From: Promethearchaeota archaeon
Lineage (GTDB): Archaea > Asgardarchaeota > Lokiarchaeia > Sigyniarchaeales > SOKP01
Direction: 5' to 3'
DNA: 64,000 bases
Assembly (NCBI GenBank): GCA_048938855.1
Contig: JBHLLT010000012.1
Span: forward strand, 1 to 64,000
Numbering within the stretch: position 1 is the stretch's first letter; every line of letters begins with the position of its first letter. Positions 49,806-60,248 of the stretch are shown here, one piece after another. The translations under genes and the position numbers were made by a program. The notes beneath the pieces were generated by a model. That model searched no databases, was not told the origin of the DNA, and saw nothing but the letters and a program-made list of their open reading frames with translations.

Positions 49806-50414
49806 ATGGATGAAATAAGTAATTTGGTAGAGCAAGGATATAATAAAATCGCTGAAGATTATTATAACCACAGGGATTTAAATAAATTTAATAATGAGTT
49901 AGAAGAATTTGCTTCGCTACTCCCAAAAAATGCTCACGTATTGGATGTGGGATGTGGTGCGGGAATTCCAACTGCAAAATTCTTAATTAATAGAGGAATT
50001 AAAGTAACTGGGATTGATTTATCTGATAAAATGTTAAGTCTCGCACGAGTGAATGTCCCTAGTGCTGAATTTATCAAAATGGATATAAACCAATTAAAAT
50101 TTGAAGAGAATACTTATGATGGGATAGTAAGTGTATATACTCTGTTTCATGTGCCCAGAAATAACCATATACAGATCTTTAAAAAGTTCTTTGAAATATT
50201 GAAACCAGGAGGGATATTATTGATAAATACAGGTATTTCAGAATCAGAAGGAAAAAGCTACTTTTTTGGAGTACCTATGTTTTGGAGTAACTATAATCCA
50301 AAAACAACTCTAGAACTTGTAAAAAAAGCTGGGTTCTCAATTATATTTGAAGGTGTTCTGGAAAGAGGTGGAGAATATCAATATTGGATTTTTGGTAAAA
50401 AGATAAAATCATAA
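49806..50414 (+). CDS. Class I SAM-dependent methyltransferase
   Basis: VLDVGCGAGIP, GIDLS, LKPGG. Confidence 0.9.
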   Translation: MDEISNLVEQGYNKIAEDYYNHRDLNKFNNELEEFASLLPKNAHVLDVGCGAGIPTAKFLINRGIKVTGIDLSDKMLSLARVNVPSAEFIKMDINQLKFEENTYDGIVSVYTLFHVPRNNHIQIFKKFFEILKPGGILLINTGISESEGKSYFFGVPMFWSNYNPKTTLELVKKAGFSIIFEGVLERGGEYQYWIFGKKIKS

Positions 50415-50627
50415 TTTTCCTTTAGCAATTAAAATGTTTTCAGATTTTTGTTGTACACATTGAAGAAATCCAATAATTGCTTTAAAAATTTCAAGTTTTC
50501 CTCTTATTAAAGTGAAAAATCTAGGAATGACTAATTATTAATTTAAAAATCTTAAACTAATAAAATATATAGAAAATAATTTAATGATAGTCTTTATGAA
50601 TAAAATCTAAAATAAAAACATAAAATA

Positions 50628-51434
50628 ATGATTATAATGGAAGATAGAATTGATTCTGAAATAACATTTCCTTATTTACGACGATTCAATTTAATTATGG
50701 GCATCTTACACCTTATTCAAGCAAGTCTAATGTTGACCTTAGCATTAGTAATTCCTCAAATCAGAGATTTTGAGCTCCCAATTACCACTGCATTTTTGGA
50801 ATATATTGATCCTCCTGGTATCTTAGCTCCAAATTATACTCAATTAACTACTATTCCTATAGGTCCAATTGTTTCCTCATTTCTGTTTATTTCGTCAATT
50901 GCTCATTTCCTAATCGTATTGCCACGCGTGAATGATTTTTATAACGAAAAACTGAAACAAGGAATCAATTATTTCCGGTGGTTTGAATACGCTTTAAGTT
51001 CATCTGTAATGATTGTATTAATTTCAATGTTTTTTGGTGTGTATGACTTAGGAAGTTTAATTGTAATTTTTGCTATCAATGCTACTATGAATTTAATGGG
51101 ATTAATGATGGAAATACACAATCAAACAACTGAAAAAACAAGATGGACTGCTTTTTACATTGGGGTTTTTGCAGGGATTATCCCTTGGGTGATAATTTTA
51201 GTATATTTATTCGGTAATGGGAGTTTTGGTGAAATTCCGTGGTTTGTTTGGGCAATTTTTGGCTCTTATTTCTTTTTCTTTAATACATTTCCAATTAATA
51301 TGATCTTGCAATATAAAAAGAAAGGGAAATGGCGAGATTATTTATATGGAGAAAGAGGATATATCCTTCTTAGCTTAATTTCAAAAACTCTGTTAGCATG
51401 GCTAGTATTTGCTGGAGTATTACAGCCAGCATAA
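50628..51434 (+). CDS. Heliorhodopsin
   Basis: LRRFNL..GILHLIQ, NYFRWFEYALSSSVM, FPINMILQY, GERGYILLSLISKTLLAW (retinal-binding Lys). Confidence 0.95.
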   Translation: MIIMEDRIDSEITFPYLRRFNLIMGILHLIQASLMLTLALVIPQIRDFELPITTAFLEYIDPPGILAPNYTQLTTIPIGPIVSSFLFISSIAHFLIVLPRVNDFYNEKLKQGINYFRWFEYALSSSVMIVLISMFFGVYDLGSLIVIFAINATMNLMGLMMEIHNQTTEKTRWTAFYIGVFAGIIPWVIILVYLFGNGSFGEIPWFVWAIFGSYFFFFNTFPINMILQYKKKGKWRDYLYGERGYILLSLISKTLLAWLVFAGVLQPA

Positions 51435-51515
51435 TTTTGTTAATTTTCAATAATCTTTTTTTTTATATATTTCTACACAGCAAAGTTTTAATTTAAAGTA
51501 CTAAATCAAAAAATC

Positions 51516-52124
51516 ATGATTATATTTCAGATTTTGGCAATTTGTGGTATGCTTAGTCCAATTATTTACACAGCAATGTGGATTATTATTGGTAGCTTTC
51601 AATCAGGTTATAACCATATTCGAGATGATATCAGTTCATTATTCGCAGTGGGCGCCCCTAATAGACGTTTAGCACAAGCATTCGTCATTACAGAAAGTGT
51701 TCTGTTGTTTATTTTTTTCATTGGATTACATTGGGGTATTACCGACGGAGGAGGTTCGATTCTTGGACCAATTTTCCTTTTAATAAGTTCTATATTAGGA
51801 ATAGCAGTTGCTTTTTTCTTTCCTCTTGATGAAGGCGGTGAATTCACAACTTATAAAGGAAAAATGCATATTGCCCTTGTAGTTTTAATGGGGATATTTG
51901 CAATTGCTGGGATGGTAACACTGTGGCTTCGCTTACAGAATATCCCTGCATGGAGTGGTTTTGCTATATTTTCACTTATCTCAGCGATTCTTTCATTAAT
52001 AGGTGTAATTATTTCAGCTAGATTTGCCTCAGGAAAGTATAGAGGTATAATTGAGCGTATAATGGTTACTCCCTTTCAGCTCTTTTACTTTATTCTTAGT
52101 CTAATGGTATTTCTGAATAATTAG
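51516..52124 (+). CDS. DUF998-like membrane protein
   Basis: GYNHIRDDISSLFAVGAP, FPLD, MH, GIIERI. Confidence 0.8.
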   Translation: MIIFQILAICGMLSPIIYTAMWIIIGSFQSGYNHIRDDISSLFAVGAPNRRLAQAFVITESVLLFIFFIGLHWGITDGGGSILGPIFLLISSILGIAVAFFFPLDEGGEFTTYKGKMHIALVVLMGIFAIAGMVTLWLRLQNIPAWSGFAIFSLISAILSLIGVIISARFASGKYRGIIERIMVTPFQLFYFILSLMVFLNN

Positions 52125-52179
52125 ACTTAAAAGATCTATTACAAATATATTTTTTATTATTAAAGGAATGTAAAACCTC

Positions 52180-52959
52180 ATGCCAGAACTTCCAGAAGTA
52201 GAAACATTTAAACGTTATTTTGACAAAACCTCATTAAATCAAATAATTAAATCAATAAAAGTAATAGATAATAGAGTCCTAGATATTGATGAGGAAAATC
52301 TGAAAAAATTAGTAAATAATAATCATTTCCAATCATCCATAAGACATGGGAAATATCTCCTAATTAATCTTGAAAAAGGAGTCTTAGTCATGCATTTTGG
52401 AATGACCGGAGATTTAGAATATTATGATTCAAAAGAAGAAGATCCTAGTTATAGTAAAGTAATCTTTCATTTTAGTAATGGCTTTAATTTAGCATACATA
52501 TCACTTAGAATGTTTGGAAGGTTGTATATTGCGAATTCTATAGAAGAATTTATTGAAAGAAAGAAACTTGGACCTGATGCTTTTAAAATGAGTCTTGAAG
52601 AATTTAAAGGTGCTTTAAAAAAAAGGACAGCAATCCTCAAAAATGCTTTACTAAATCAGAGTTTTGTTGCGGGTATAGGTAATATCTATTCAGATGAAAT
52701 TATGTTTAGAACAAAATTAAATCCTAAATTTAAATTAAATACATTAGATGATAGTAAGGTTAAAGAGCTTTTTACTAATATTAAAGATATTCTCCAATTC
52801 GGAATTGATAAAGAAGGCGATCTAAGTTCTTATCCAGATATTTTTCTAATTCCTCATCGTAAAAAGGAAGAAATATGCCCCATTTGTCAGAATGAGATTA
52901 AAAGTATAGATTTATCAGGACGACGTGGTTATTATTGTCCAAATTGTCAGGCAGAATGA
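52180..52959 (+). CDS. mutM: Fpg/Nei family DNA glycosylase (formamidopyrimidine-DNA glycosylase)
   Basis: MPELPEVE, RHGKYL, HFGMTG, LGPDA, GIGNIYSDE (H2TH), CPIC...CPNCQ Zn finger. Confidence 0.9.
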   Translation: MPELPEVETFKRYFDKTSLNQIIKSIKVIDNRVLDIDEENLKKLVNNNHFQSSIRHGKYLLINLEKGVLVMHFGMTGDLEYYDSKEEDPSYSKVIFHFSNGFNLAYISLRMFGRLYIANSIEEFIERKKLGPDAFKMSLEEFKGALKKRTAILKNALLNQSFVAGIGNIYSDEIMFRTKLNPKFKLNTLDDSKVKELFTNIKDILQFGIDKEGDLSSYPDIFLIPHRKKEEICPICQNEIKSIDLSGRRGYYCPNCQAE

Positions 52960-53095
52960 TCAAAAGAAGGGGGCTATATTTAAAAAATTGCATTTCAATC
53001 TTTTATAAATTATTAAGATAATTTTTTTTTATGACAGTACTTAATAATTATTTCTAATATAACGCTTGTTATATAACAAAATATAAAATAAAAAA

Positions 53096-53629
53096 ATGAT
53101 GTTAAAAATGGAAGTAAGAAAACTTTTAACTATACTTGGTGGGATTATAGCTCTTGTTGCAACATACATATTTTCTTGGTTTGTCGTTGATGATGCAGGT
53201 ACTTTATATTATGGACATGGTTTGGGTGTGCTATTTAGCCTTCCTTATACTTTTGCAAATGCAGAAACAATTGCTGCTAGTTGGGGAGCAGGAGTACCTT
53301 TCTTTGTTCTATATATTGTGGGTGGATGTTTAATATTATTCTTATTCTCAGGTGTGTTGATATTACTTGGAGTGAAAAGTCGTGTTGTTTCGATCATCGG
53401 AGCACTTATGCCAATTGGAATTGCACTTGCAATTTTCTCAGGACCTTTCAGTGTTCCTCCAAATGTTATAGACTATATACAACCTTTTTCCAGTGAAGCC
53501 TTAGGAGCATTTCCTATACATCTTGCAGTTTGGCCATCAGGATTTGGGGCTTCTGTAGCATTAGGGAATTATTTACTACTTGTTGGAGGAATCTTAGGAT
53601 TAGTGGGAGGAATACTACCAAGAAAATAA
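53096..53629 (+). CDS. Hypothetical 4-TM membrane protein
   Basis: 177-aa hydrophobic ORF. Confidence 0.75.
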   Translation: MMLKMEVRKLLTILGGIIALVATYIFSWFVVDDAGTLYYGHGLGVLFSLPYTFANAETIAASWGAGVPFFVLYIVGGCLILFLFSGVLILLGVKSRVVSIIGALMPIGIALAIFSGPFSVPPNVIDYIQPFSSEALGAFPIHLAVWPSGFGASVALGNYLLLVGGILGLVGGILPRK

Positions 53630-53788
53630 ATGGAAATTATAATTTTTTTTATATTATTTTATTCTTAATTATTAAAATTTAGGGGTGATATGAAGCATAC
53701 CTCCTAAGAAAAAATATTTTCTAACTAGAAAAAGAATTAAAAAGAAATTGTCTTTTATATTTTGGACTAACTTTTGAGCCTTTAAGAT

Positions 53789-54337
53789 TTAATCTCTCGA
53801 TTCAAATAGATTCACCGATATATCAAGGAGATCTCTACTCGTTTTTCCTTCCTTTATCATTTTTTCAATTTTTTTATTAACTTTATCTTTATCTCCGTTG
53901 GCAAGTGTAATTAAATTCTTCACATTCCAATTTTGATATCTTTTAGAAAGCCCTTGGAAAAAAACCGGAGCGGGGGACATCATGGGTTTTTGAGGTTGTT
54001 CTGGAACTGCTTTACACATCCCAGCTTCTAAATCCAGAAATTCACATTCACTACAAGAATTAATGTTTTTTTGTTTAGCACATTGATTAATTGGACAATC
54101 CATTCTTTCTTGACAACCTGGGCAGGTGGGATAGTCTTTTAAAAGATCTAAAGTGTTTAAAAATCCCGAGAAATTATCTTTATTAAATTCTGGGTTAAAC
54201 ATTAAAACTACTCCTTGGATCATAGGGTCTTCAAAAACTTTAAATAAATATTTTGCTGAATCTTGCATCTTGGTTGTATTACTATCACATAAATCACAAT
54301 TTAAACCGCATGTAGTTATTTCATAATCCTTTGTCAT
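53789..54337 (-). CDS. DUF3795-like Cys-rich protein
   Basis: CGLNCDLC, CPGC, CPINQCA...CSEC. Confidence 0.8.
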   Translation of the reverse strand: MTKDYEITTCGLNCDLCDSNTTKMQDSAKYLFKVFEDPMIQGVVLMFNPEFNKDNFSGFLNTLDLLKDYPTCPGCQERMDCPINQCAKQKNINSCSECEFLDLEAGMCKAVPEQPQKPMMSPAPVFFQGLSKRYQNWNVKNLITLANGDKDKVNKKIEKMIKEGKTSRDLLDISVNLFESRD

Positions 54338-54529
54338 TTTAACTCACAATTTACTCTATTTTTTAAATTTTTATTAACTTAATAAAACAAATTAAGATTT
54401 CTTTATATTAGTATTTCTCATTAACTAATACAAAATATTGCTTATTAAAACAAATCAAAATTTCTCAATAGTGTCTCTCTAATTTTACATTTGGTTTTTT
54501 ATTAAAATAAAAAGAAAATGATTTTGTTT

Positions 54530-54772
54530 TTATTTATATAATTTTTTATATAATTTATTAACTTGAGGACACCCAGTATTACTTCCGTTTTCAGCATTTG
54601 CAAAACATCTTTTCTCGGGAGCACTTGTAAATTTCGTACAGCCCCAACACCACATTTTATTAAAAGAAATCGTTTTTTTCTTATTTATAGCACGGACTTG
54701 CTCACATAATTCTAACGCTTCATCAACAGTTAATCTTATTGTATCTTTAATTCTTAACACCTCTTTTTCCAA
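54530..54772 (-). CDS. Small Cys-rich hypothetical protein
   Basis: 80 aa with C...CWGC...C...GC; TTG immediately follows the upstream stop. Confidence 0.65.
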   Translation of the reverse strand: MEKEVLRIKDTIRLTVDEALELCEQVRAINKKKTISFNKMWCWGCTKFTSAPEKRCFANAENGSNTGCPQVNKLYKKLYK

Positions 54773-55450
54773 TTATTTTGAATTAAATTTTTTATATAAA
54801 TTTTCATTATGGTTGGTTTTTCCAAGTAAATAATTAGCAAGATACCATCCTATCAAAGCCCCCATTACCCCTTGAATGATTGAATAAGGTATCATAAAGT
54901 AAGCGTATGTAAGAAAATCATCAATACCAGGTATCGATAATCCAGATTTATAGAATGTCCCCCCAGCTAAAATACTTAGTAAAATGAAGCTAATTGAAGA
55001 GATTAGTGAGGATATTAATACAGCCTTTCTTTCATTTTTGGCAGGTTTTAACACCCATAGTGAAAGATCTATTGACAAACCATAAGCTATATAGATTAAA
55101 GCCCAGTATAACGCACCCCAAGGAGATTGCAAGGTATTCTCTATTTGCCATTCTATAACAAGCTCAATTGGGATTCCAATAAGCCCACATATTCCGAAAA
55201 AGAATACAGCTGTACCTTTAGTCTTCAAATATACAATGAAAAAATAAGTTGTCATCATTAGAAAAATCATTACAAAATAGAGATAAATATAACCAATTTC
55301 TATCATTACAATGTCAAAAAACACAGTAAACACTGCATTTAATACCGCTATAATCATAAAGCCAATTAGATTTAAACCTAAAGCTCGTTTATTCCACGGT
55401 TTATACCAATTTAAGGTATTAGATTGATTTAATATAATTATTTCTTTCAT
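54773..55450 (-). CDS. 6-TM membrane protein (possibly ECF S-component-like)
   Basis: 225 aa hydrophobic; YGLSIDL; GALIGWYLA C-terminal helix. Confidence 0.65.
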   Translation of the reverse strand: MKEIIILNQSNTLNWYKPWNKRALGLNLIGFMIIAVLNAVFTVFFDIVMIEIGYIYLYFVMIFLMMTTYFFIVYLKTKGTAVFFFGICGLIGIPIELVIEWQIENTLQSPWGALYWALIYIAYGLSIDLSLWVLKPAKNERKAVLISSLISSISFILLSILAGGTFYKSGLSIPGIDDFLTYAYFMIPYSIIQGVMGALIGWYLANYLLGKTNHNENLYKKFNSK

Positions 55451-55672
55451 TTAATTGCCTCCATTTAATAATTTGTAATTTTTATAAGAATATTATGATA
55501 AAACTACTCATATTTTCTTAATTATCATGAACCAATTGAAATATTTAAAGAATATGGTGATTTCAATCTCTATAAATGGACATTTAATTTGGTGAAAATG
55601 TTCAGTTTCATAAAAATTCTTAAGCAAATTAGACATTATTTGGTATAATAAAAAAGTATATCTATCAATAAG

Positions 55673-56566
55673 ATGGATGATAAAGACTTAGAACTTCTAA
55701 AGTTATTGTTGTTTGATGGCCGAATGACTTATGAATTAATTGCAAAAAAGCTTAAACTAACTCCCTATCTAGTTAAGAAAAAAATCCAAAATTTAGTTGA
55801 TATGGGAGTAATCATGAAATTTACAACTAATCTCAATTTCTTGATATTTCAAAAATCAGTTTGTTATACTCTTGCTGAGGTAAAACAAGGAACAGATCAG
55901 CAAGAACTTATTGAACAATTAGGGAAGTTGGATGAGGTTACGGGCGGAGCGATTTCTCTTCAAAATAAGATGCAGATAATTCATATCTATTCTGATGATT
56001 ATGAGTTTAAAAAAAATCTTGAGAAATTCATGCAGCATGATGAAGTATTAAACACTGAAAATTTTATTCTCCTTATCCCTCCAAATTTAGGCTTTAAAAA
56101 TACTAGGTTAATTAAAACTGATTGGAAAATTATCAATTCTATAAAAGATAATTGCAGAAAAACTGATATTGAAATTGCGAATGAGTTAGGAATTTCTTCT
56201 AAAACAGTCAAGCGAAGGTTAGATTATCTGAGAGAAAATAATATAATTATTTTTATGATAGACCTTGATACTAGTGCAGCGGATTTCTTATCGTATCTTT
56301 TAATCGTTAATTTTCAAAAAATTGCATCAGAATCACTAAATAAAGTTGGGAAAATTGTAAAAAATTATTTCTACATGTGGAAAGTTGCAAATCAAGAAGC
56401 ATTTATTTATACAGTATTCATAGAAAAATTAAGAGATATAGATGAACAAGTTAAGGAAATTGAAAAAGTTCCCTATGTGAAAGAAGTTATTAGTTACGTT
56501 CCAACTAAAATGTTCTATTTTAAGAATTGGATTGATATACTAATTGAAAATAATGTTATTGATTAA
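55673..56566 (+). CDS. Tandem (double) Lrp/AsnC-type regulator
   Basis: MDDKDLELLKLL..DGRMTY and DWKIINSIKDNCRKTDIEIANELGIS.KTV.RR HTHs. Confidence 0.88.
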   Translation: MDDKDLELLKLLLFDGRMTYELIAKKLKLTPYLVKKKIQNLVDMGVIMKFTTNLNFLIFQKSVCYTLAEVKQGTDQQELIEQLGKLDEVTGGAISLQNKMQIIHIYSDDYEFKKNLEKFMQHDEVLNTENFILLIPPNLGFKNTRLIKTDWKIINSIKDNCRKTDIEIANELGISSKTVKRRLDYLRENNIIIFMIDLDTSAADFLSYLLIVNFQKIASESLNKVGKIVKNYFYMWKVANQEAFIYTVFIEKLRDIDEQVKEIEKVPYVKEVISYVPTKMFYFKNWIDILIENNVID

Positions 56567-56590
56567 ATCAATAATTAGATTATTTAAGTT

Positions 56591-59500
56591 TTAAGCTTCA
56601 GGTATTAAGATCACAAATGAATCTCCTTCAACCCATATCTTTCCATCATATATATTTAATACCCGCTCAACCAAAAGGAAACCTAGAATTATTTCCTTTA
56701 TTTTGCTGTCCTTTTCCCATTCTTTCTTAAATATCAGTTTTTTCCCAATATTGGAAATCTCTTTTTGATAATCAATAAATTTTATTTTAATAAAGTTCAA
56801 GCCATCTTCTAGACTTCTAATTATAATAATTTTAATTTCTATTGTTGGATTTCTATTATATCTTATCGAACTGATTAAGATATTGACAAGAACATCGACC
56901 AAAAATTTATCCGCTTTAACATACAATTCTTCATGTGGTTGTTCAACGGATATATTTATTTTTTTATTAGAATAGCTATTTGTAATAAATTCTATGACGT
57001 TTTGAATTACACTATTTAAATTTACTGATTCAATTATTACATTGGTTTCATTAATTTGTCTTAATTTTTGAATGATATATATTAATAATTTCGCATTAAT
57101 GCATTGATCTTTAACATATTCTAATAAATCGCTTTTAGATTTTAATAAAATTTGATTTTCTTGTTTATCAAATGCGTCTATATGAGATTGCATGCTTTTT
57201 ATTATATTATTTATATCATTTACAAATAATTCCTTGTAAAAATATTCTCTATCAAAATCTTGGTGTATATTTTCTAGACTCAGACGTAAATTCTCTTCAG
57301 CTTGTCTACGTAAAATCACATTTTTTAGAATATCAGAAATAATGCTTAGCAATTCTAGATTATCATCTAACCAATGGTTCTCAGGTGTAATATTATCAAA
57401 CCAAATTAAAGCTTCTAATTCTCCATTAATCTTTATTGAAAAAGTTAAAAGATTTTTAATTTTATGAATTTCCAGAAATGTCTTTAACTTAATTGCAGAT
57501 TTAGAAAGATTACGTATATTTTTAACATATAAATAATCGATATTTTTTAATTCTTCAATCAAATATGGAAAATTACTAATTTTAATCTCTTCAGGTAAAC
57601 TAACTTGAGGGTACAACAGTTTACCGTACCACATATAGCCAGGTTTTGGGAAATTGAGATTATTGTTAAAGATATAAAGACAGGCTCGTGCAGCATTAAC
57701 AAATTCACCGATATCTCTAAGAGAATCTATCATTGCTTGATCAAAATCTGTTATTCCTACAAATCTAGATACAATTTTGGTAATGACTGCTTTTAACCTA
57801 GATATTTTCATCAATTCCTGTTCAATTCTTTTTTCTTCCGTTATATTTTGATATATTATTTGATAAAATGTTTCATCTCCAATATCAACAACAGAGGTTT
57901 GCATATTTACCCAGATGAGATTACCGTTTTTTTGATAAAGTTGAATTTCAAATGGAGGATACATTTTACCTCTCTCTTCACTCTTAAATCTTTTAAGAAC
58001 TTCTACTACATAATCTTCGTGGATAATTGAGAGATCAACAAATTTTCTTCCCAATAAGTCTTCTCTTGAGTAACCTAACATAGTTTCCAATGCTGGATTT
58101 AAATCGACCAATGATCCTTTAGGATCAATTAAAAGTATGGAAAATGGCGATTCTTTAAAAAGATGCCGGAATTTTATTTCGGAATGCTTAAGTTTTATTT
58201 CCGCTTCTATTCTCTTACTAATATTACGAATAATATATTGAATAAGAATTTGTCCTCCCATTTGAACTTCATTTACACTAATTTCTACCGGAATGAGGTT
58301 TCCTGAATTGTCAATAACTTCTAATCTAAATGGAAATGGAGAGTCAAGTTGCTCAAACACTTCCTCATTAAAATCTATATTAATAATGCCACTCAAAATT
58401 TGACTAGAATGCAATCCAATAAAGTCTTCAAAAGGGCGGTGAAACAATTTTTCAGCTTCTTCATTCACATCCATTATTATTCCTGAATTTTTATCAATTA
58501 TCAAAATTGCATCTCTAGCAGCTTTAAATAATGCCTCATACCGTAATTCAGCTATTTTAAGAGCTTCAATTGATGGTTGATATAAACTTAATTGATGAAT
58601 TAATGTGTTATGAACAGTTTCAAGGCAATCTAATACATGCTTTTTATCTAAATAATTTTTTTTAATATCATCAAAATAGTTGAGTATTATTGAGCTAAAT
58701 TGGTTTATAATATTTTTAGGAAATTTTTCATTGTAATATACAATTAATGATAAAGGTAATAATCCTCCTCTAGTACTCTCATTTTCAATATAATCAAAAT
58801 AGATTGCTGCGTTTGAATTTAAATGGGGAAATGGTAGGATTACTGATGCAGGCTTGAGTTCACCTCCTCCAAAAATAAACTGTGATACAGAGATGCTTTT
58901 TATTGATATTAATTCCGGATTTTCAAAAGCATTTTTAGGATGGACTGCTTCGACTTTAACCCCTAAATTTTCATCCCATCGACAGAAAATTATCCCAACT
59001 TCACTTTTTGGGATATATTTATCAACTCTCTCCGCAATTTTAAGTGAAAGCCAATTAAATGCTTCATCTATATTAATGTTTTTCACCGCACTAGTCAAAA
59101 AGGATTTTATTGGTCTTTTGCTAAGTTTCTTTATTCCCATTGCGTCTTCAAGTTCTTTTATATCTGGTTGTGTTAAATCAGCCTTATTGAAAAGGATAAG
59201 AAGAGGTAATTCACTTAACTCTGGCTTACCCGCAATTTCATGTAATAATTCGCGTGCAAATGAGAACTTAATTTTATCAGTAATATCCAATACAAAAATT
59301 AATCCATCTTGATTTTTAAGATAAGGTTTCCATACTTCTTTAACTTTATATTTTCCTGGAATATCATATGTTAATAAAGATACATTATTAACGAGGATTC
59401 TCGATATATCTACATTTAGTGTTGGAAATAACGTTTTTGACACAGATTTTCTTCGGGTTCGAATTATCGTTGTCTTACCTGCTAGCGAAAGTCCAAAAAT

Positions 59501-59962
59501 TAATATCTTTGCTTCTTTTTGTTCAAAAATGACTTTCTCTTCTGGAAAAGATGCATGAAACGAATTTAAAAGCTGCATAATTTCCGTTAATTTCTTTGGA
59601 TCTCCTTTATAAATTCTGGAATTTACATAAAAAGCTTTGAAACCTTCATCAATTTTTTTGAAATCTTCAATAAATCCCTCCAAAAACTTTTGAGCTAAAT
59701 TTGTATTTATTCTGGATTTGCTATCAATAACGAGTGAAATTAAAAGATGCTCATGTCCTGTATTTGAATATTCGCTGGGAATATCGAAGATTAAATTAGC
59801 AGTTTTGAAAGTTCCAAATGTATGCTTGAAAAAACCAGTATCATATAGATCAATCAATAATGGAACTTGTTTAATATCCTCTCTTTCAATTGTATCCGGT
59901 GTTTTTAAAAATATATATGGAGGAAAATATGGATTACGATGACTTAAAACTAGAAACCTCAT
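56591..59962 (-). CDS. Longin-like - Arf-like GTPase - longin-like - PAS - PAS - GAF - degenerate histidine kinase fusion
   Basis: G1 GLSLAGKTT, G2 PTLN, G3 DIPGK, G4 NKAD, G5 SAV; PAS starts YEALFKAARDAI and FRHLFKESPFSI; GAF; degenerate H-, N- and G-boxes. GTG 59974 is an alternative start. Confidence 0.85.
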   Translation of the reverse strand: MRFLVLSHRNPYFPPYIFLKTPDTIEREDIKQVPLLIDLYDTGFFKHTFGTFKTANLIFDIPSEYSNTGHEHLLISLVIDSKSRINTNLAQKFLEGFIEDFKKIDEGFKAFYVNSRIYKGDPKKLTEIMQLLNSFHASFPEEKVIFEQKEAKILIFGLSLAGKTTIIRTRRKSVSKTLFPTLNVDISRILVNNVSLLTYDIPGKYKVKEVWKPYLKNQDGLIFVLDITDKIKFSFARELLHEIAGKPELSELPLLILFNKADLTQPDIKELEDAMGIKKLSKRPIKSFLTSAVKNINIDEAFNWLSLKIAERVDKYIPKSEVGIIFCRWDENLGVKVEAVHPKNAFENPELISIKSISVSQFIFGGGELKPASVILPFPHLNSNAAIYFDYIENESTRGGLLPLSLIVYYNEKFPKNIINQFSSIILNYFDDIKKNYLDKKHVLDCLETVHNTLIHQLSLYQPSIEALKIAELRYEALFKAARDAILIIDKNSGIIMDVNEEAEKLFHRPFEDFIGLHSSQILSGIINIDFNEEVFEQLDSPFPFRLEVIDNSGNLIPVEISVNEVQMGGQILIQYIIRNISKRIEAEIKLKHSEIKFRHLFKESPFSILLIDPKGSLVDLNPALETMLGYSREDLLGRKFVDLSIIHEDYVVEVLKRFKSEERGKMYPPFEIQLYQKNGNLIWVNMQTSVVDIGDETFYQIIYQNITEEKRIEQELMKISRLKAVITKIVSRFVGITDFDQAMIDSLRDIGEFVNAARACLYIFNNNLNFPKPGYMWYGKLLYPQVSLPEEIKISNFPYLIEELKNIDYLYVKNIRNLSKSAIKLKTFLEIHKIKNLLTFSIKINGELEALIWFDNITPENHWLDDNLELLSIISDILKNVILRRQAEENLRLSLENIHQDFDREYFYKELFVNDINNIIKSMQSHIDAFDKQENQILLKSKSDLLEYVKDQCINAKLLIYIIQKLRQINETNVIIESVNLNSVIQNVIEFITNSYSNKKINISVEQPHEELYVKADKFLVDVLVNILISSIRYNRNPTIEIKIIIIRSLEDGLNFIKIKFIDYQKEISNIGKKLIFKKEWEKDSKIKEIILGFLLVERVLNIYDGKIWVEGDSFVILIPEA

Positions 59963-60248
59963 TTTGATATTCACTTATTTTTTTTTAAAATATTCTTTCC
60001 TAATACTAACTTACTGAATTATTGTATTAAAATTTATATCATAAGATTATAATCTATGTTATATTGAAGAGAACAATAAAATCAGATCATATTATTAAAT
60101 TTTTTTGTAAATGAAAAAAATGAACTCATAGTCAATATCAAAAGGATAGAGGAAAAAATCCTTATTACAAACAAAAGTTACTAAAAATTTTAAAGATTAT
60201 CTGGTGAAAAGATTCAAAATTTGATTCTAGGTCTCAAGATAGTGAGTA

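Noticed and set aside
32554-59974. Linking the Arf-like fusion to the BBS-like protein as an ARL6/BBSome pair
   Set aside because: The genes are 22 kb apart with many unrelated genes between; nothing in the sequence ties them
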